From assembly GCA_964270895.1 (NCBI GenBank), contig OZ185447.1: 64,000 nt of DNA; one strand, 5' to 3'. Position 1 is the first letter of the stretch; each line of letters opens with the position of its first letter. Positions 59,134 to 64,000 of the stretch are shown one piece after another. This DNA is from Podarcis filfolensis. Taxonomy: Eukaryota. The translations under genes were made by a program, and so were the position numbers. The notes under the pieces are model-generated. The model was given only the letters and a program-made list of their open reading frames with translations. It was not told where the DNA came from and did no database searches.

Positions 59134-60515
59134 TCTTCTACTTTAAGACTACAGTATTGGGAGAAACTTACCCTTCCAGTTAGAAGCAGAGAAGAATCCC
59201 CATCTCTGCCTCCCCTTCAAGCGCTACAATCCTGTCACGTCCACTTACAAGCCGTATTGCCACCTCTCTTTCTCTTGAAAATTATCTTTTTAAAATCTCT
59301 TCCAGCTGTCCCAATTTTCCTTTAAAAAAAAACCCCGTCCCTATATTATTGCCCTTATTTTTGCTTTCCGAAAATTCCTTTGTTCAGTGCAGGTTTCTAG
59401 AATGATCACTCGTCAGTGTTCATCTCCTTTCCTCTGGGTCTCTAGAAGTTCAATCTTGGGCTGTGGGAACAGATATATAGCTTGCCTCCAATGCACACGG
59501 GTGTAAGCAACATGTACACACACTGGCAGGTTGCACACTACCTTTGAAGCACATTATTTGCCTAAAATAATTCTGGGCACTTTGGTTTACCTACCACAGA
59601 ACTACAATTCCCAGCAAACTGCAGTGTCCAGAATTCTTTGAGGGGGGAAATGTGCTTTGAATGTGTGTATACAGTGACACATGCACGCACGGCGTGCCCA
59701 GAGTTTCATGTAGCTCTGCCTGCCATTCAACATGCTGGTGAGGTTAATTTTGATAACAGATTGACGATTACGTATTATTTGCTTTCCTTGCCTATCTTTA
59801 ACCCAAACAAACACTTTGGCTTTTTAATCAAGTGAAGAATTGGCTATTGATGAGTAAGTTAAATACAGTACTGTACAGCATAGCATTAATTGGGGCAGTA
59901 AGAAAGTTATGTGCTTAAAATATATCGTGTGACCATAGTTTTTAGCATTTGTAGTAGAAGCCGAGATGAGGCAAAATGTGCAGGTACTGTTGTTCTTTTA
60001 TGGCTGCTCTCCCTGTCAGTGTTTTACTCTTCACCCCAGAAAAAGTCATGTGGACACCCACAGGCAGAGTTGATAGCAAAGTGAAGTAATAGGAAAGCCT
60101 AGCAATAAATAGTGAGACCCATGCTTTTGTCCCTTCCCCTTGAGACTTTATTCCTTCTCCTGAAGAGGCTTAATCCCTTGAAAGGTGTGGTCAGATCCTC
60201 AAGCCTAACGAGTAGCAACCACCCTATCCAGACCTCATGAGCAACAGAATCATAGCTGTCAACTTTTCCCTTTTCTTGCGAGGAATCCTGTTCGGAATAA
60301 GAGAATTTCCCTTAAAAAAAGGGAACAGTTGACAGCTATGAACAGAATCTGGAGGAATTGTTTGCCTCTGTTGTCAGAAAGCATCCTGGTTGTGGCTCCT
60401 GAATTTATTCACCTCCCAGGTTCCTCAGAAAGGAAGGGTAGAAGCCATTGCAAATTTATTCTAATTCATGTACTGACAGAACTGTCCATTGCCTAGAGGT
60501 TATAGCTGTGAACTA

Positions 60516-60684
60516 CCGTATTTTTTGCACCATAACACTCACTTTTTTCCTCCTAAAAAGTAAGGGGAAATGTCTGTGCGTGTTATGGAGGGAATGCCTA
60601 CGGGTGGCATGCCTACGGATTTTCCTCCTCTAAAAACTACGCACGTGTTATGGTCGGGTGCGTGTTATAGAGCGAAAAATACGG
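60516..60684. mobile_element. Tc1/mariner-type MITE (CCGTATTTT TIR)
   Basis: TA-flanked terminal inverted repeats; sister of 40523-40781. Confidence 0.87.
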
Positions 60685-61835
60685 TAATTGTTTTAAAACA
60701 ATCTATGGTAGTGGTTATGACTACATCAGTGTTACAATGAATCGTGGCAAATTTTATTTTTCAGTGACTGCTGCCTGGATAGTGTGTGCATTTTATTGTA
60801 CTCAATATTTCAAGGTGGCAGCCCCTTTTGCCAGGGACCAAGTCCCAAGAATTCAATAAAAATTACTTCTAAGTAGACACCTCCAGAGATTCATGTGTAT
60901 ACTCTTCCAAGGGCTGCTTTGCAGATATTGCAGCTCCAACGTTAATTTAAATACCTTCTATATGATAATTATGCATTCCACTGAATACCTGTCAGACCTG
61001 AACCTGTTGCCCGATAGTAGCCTGAACTGGATGACCTTGGGTTCTTGTGTTTTGAAAGAGGGAGATAGTTCCCTCTCCCTATTCATTCTCTCCATACCAT
61101 TCATCAATTTATAAAATTTGAGATTACATTGTCATGGGGGGGGGGGATTAAAACCAAAAAGCCGCATCTTAAGCCTTCTTCTCTACCCCACATAAGCTGC
61201 AACATGCTCTGTTTTTCCAGTCTTTTTACAGCCTCATTCCGTGCAGAATTAGGTGAACAGACTAAGCCCACTGAAATCAGTAGCATGGATCCCAAGATTA
61301 GTTAAGTTCACAGGAGGAAAGATTTCCTGTCCTCATTCCTCAGGTGTGATTGGAAAGATGGAATCACTTAAAATTGTGTGGATCTCTCCCTAGCTTGGGA
61401 CAATTCCTCTTCTTCTGATGGAAAGAGCTGCTCAATAGTGGAATGGACTCCCTCAGAAGGTGGTGCACTCTACTTCACTGGAGATTCTTTAAAACGGGTT
61501 GGATGGTCACCCGCCAAGGATTCTTTAGCCGTGATTCCTGCATCGCAAGGGGTTGTACTAGATGCCCCTGAGCCCCTTTCCAACCTTACAGTTCTTCAGC
61601 AGCTCCCCATGGACCATATCCCACATTATACAGGAGGGCCCCCAACTCTCCAGAGATGCTTTTGGGGAGGCACAGGTGACTACTGTGGGGAGGAAGGGGT
61701 GGGAAACTTAACTTCCTTAACTTAAATTAGGATCTGAGCCAGTAGATCTAGACATGTCTACCTCCCGCATAGGATTGGGCTATTTGTTACGTATTCAGTG
61801 GTCTGTGTTTGCCTGATCTTTAGTTTGGACTAAGG

Positions 61836-62086
61836 AAGGCGTCAGCAAACTTTTTCAGCAGGGGGCCGGTCCACCGTCCCTCAGACCTTGTGGGGGGCTG
61901 GACTATATTTTTTTGGGGGGGGAATGAACAAATTCCTATGCCCCACAAATAACCCAGAGATGCATTTTAAATAAAAGGACACATTCTACTCATGTAAAAC
62001 ACGCTGATTCCCGGACCGTCCGTGGGCCGGATTTAGAAGACGATTAGGCCAGATCCGGCCCCTGGGCCTTAGTTTGCCTACCCATG
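61836..62086. mobile_element. hAT-type MITE
   Basis: 8-bp TSD GACTAAGG at 61828-61835 and 62087-62094; degenerate GGC/GTAGGCAAAC terminal repeats. Confidence 0.88.
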
Positions 62087-62258
62087 GACTAAGGATTCTG
62101 AGCGCCTGTGTTCTGATTTGATACATGTTGTTCAATCACAGAACATTTCAGGATTTGGGGCTCTGCCATTGGCCCTTGAACTCTGAGTTGTGATTTGCAG
62201 TTTGGAAGTATAGACAGCCAATCACGGTGGGAGTGGCCCAGGCTTTCAGAAATGTATA

Positions 62259-62489
62259 CAGTGGTACCTCGGGTTAAGTACTTAATTCGTTCCGGAGGTC
62301 TGTTCTTAACCTGAAACTGTTCTTAACCTGAAGCACCACTTTAGCTAATGGGGCCTCCTGCTGCTGCTGTACGATTTCTGTTCTCATGCTGAAGCAAAGT
62401 TCTTAAGCTGAGGTAATATTTCTGGGTTGGCGGAGTCTGTAACCTGAAGTGTCTCTAACCTGAAGTGTATGTAACCCAAGGTACCACTG
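62259..62489. mobile_element. Tc1/mariner-type MITE
   Basis: CAGTGGTACCTC...AGGTACCACTG flanked by TA. Confidence 0.9.
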
Positions 62490-63152
62490 TATAAGCAGTT
62501 GCTTTGCCTCTGTTTTCCAGTTATGTAGTTCAATTAAGGTTCTTGCTGTTATTGCTGTGTCTTGCCTTGTGGGAACCCACCTACACTTCACTGGCGACGA
62601 GGATGGGATGCTAGGCTAGGTATGCAGCCCTGGCTAGCTTCCACAAGCTGAAATCACTGCTGGGGAACTATTGCCTCAGCTGAGCTGAAATCACTGACGG
62701 CAGCCACAAGGCAGATCACACAGGGTGGATCTCATGGCCACATCGAGGAATTTGACACAACGGTTCCAGAGAAATACTATTAATTGGCCCTTTTAAATGC
62801 TTCTGGTTGCTCTGGAAGAACCTTTTTGAGATGGGGGGGGGGTGACCAGCAGCTGATTCCTGTGTAAATGTAGCATAATGTACATAATGCCTGTATGATG
62901 ATAAGGCTTTTAAAAAACCAGTCCCTTTCTGAAAGTCTTTTATATTCCATTGCCCAATATTGGCAGGGAATATATTCTTTCCAGGCCCTGGTGTTCTGCA
63001 ATGCTTTTCAGCTGGGATTGCAAAGGTAAATGTCTCCTCTCTTTCAGGTGGAACCCGGGGAATTAAAACCCACTCCTTGCAAACAGCTGCAAGGCATGGG
63101 GAAAAAATATGGCTGAGGGGAAAGAAAAGAATCAGTTAACACCACAAGAAAG

Positions 63153-63212
<60 letters not shown>

Positions 63213-63722
63213 CCTTTAGCTGCCTGCAGGGTTTGAAAGAAGCCTTGAAAGAACCCATTCTCTAGCAATTCCTCCACGTTCCAAGAATTTCCTCCGCAGA
63301 GTGCAGTCTCTCAAGCCAACTGCCCCTTCTTCTAAAGTCGTCTCCCACCCACTGGCCTTTCATATCTGAGACAGACACACACAGAGAGAAACTACAACAA
63401 GCCCAGCAAAGCCCTGATCACAACTGGCAGCAAAGCGAGGCTGCCAAAAGCGGCGAGGAAGCACAGCAAACTGGCAAGGCCTGCTGCACGCACGACTTTC
63501 TCAGAATCCGTCAGGAGTCAGGATTTTGCCACAAGCCCAGCAGTGCTCAAAGCATCTGGGAGGCTCTTCCTGAAAAGGGATTTAGGCAGAGGAGAGCAGC
63601 AAGGCTGTGGGAGGATCGAGAAGAGAGGGATTCTTGAACAGTCGCCCTGGTGTTTTGAAGGCAGTTGGGGGGTGGGGAGGAGTGTTGCAGGCTGACCAAT
63701 ACTGGGTTTCTTCTTCCCTATA

Positions 63723-63963
63723 CAGTGGTACCTCGGGTTACATACGCTTCAGGTTACAGACGCTTCAGGTTACAGACTCTGCTAACCCAGAAATAGTGCT
63801 TCAGGTTAAGAACTTTGCTTCAGGTTGAGAACAGAAATCGTGCTCTGGCAGCGCGGCGCAGCAGAAGGCCCCTTTAGCTAAAGTGGTGCTCCAGGTTAAG
63901 AACAGTTTCGGGTTAAGAACGGACCTCAGGAATGAATTAAGTACTTAAACCGAGGTACCACTG
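63723..63963. mobile_element. Tc1/mariner-type MITE
   Basis: CAGTGGTACCTCGG...CCGAGGTACCACTG flanked by TA. Confidence 0.9.
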
Positions 63964-64000
63964 TATATCTTTTTAAAAGGGGAATACAGACATAAAAAGG

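Noticed and set aside
59601-59619. Second ZNF143-like site ACTACAATTCCCAGC
   Set aside because: Very similar strings occur in abundant lizard MITEs (for example near 185-200), so it is probably repeat-derived.
63266-63637. 124-codon stop-free frame without ATG, a possible ERBB2-related exon
   Set aside because: No similarity to ERBB2 recognised; several frames of this length are expected by chance in this window.
1-64000. CRISPR arrays, rRNA operons or prokaryotic systems
   Set aside because: The sequence is intron-rich vertebrate DNA and no repeat-spacer arrays were seen.

Overview
Vertebrate genomic DNA from a squamate, probably a lacertid lizard (Sauria SINEs, BovB, CR1/L1/L2 fragments, Tc1/mariner and hAT MITEs). 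It is syntenic with the human 17q12 block STARD3-TCAP-PNMT-PGAP3. Spliced gene models read by hand with GT-AG and phase checks: the last 7 exons of STARD3 (+), TCAP (-, 2 exons, 177 aa), PNMT (+, 3 exons, 266 aa) and PGAP3 (-, 8 exons, 322 aa). Three things differ from the mammalian locus. (1) An intact 5-exon, 226-aa melanoregulin (MREG)-like gene lies between STARD3 and TCAP, with MITF-type M-boxes upstream; it is probably a divergent paralog absent from the human locus. (2) A degenerate PATE/Ly6 three-finger (LU-domain) gene lies between TCAP and PNMT, and both of its frameshifts fall in homopolymers. (3) TCAP is inverted relative to human, so it is head-to-head with PNMT. No CRISPR array, rRNA or functional tRNA gene was found. 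Comparisons with human proteins use recalled sequences; no database search was run.
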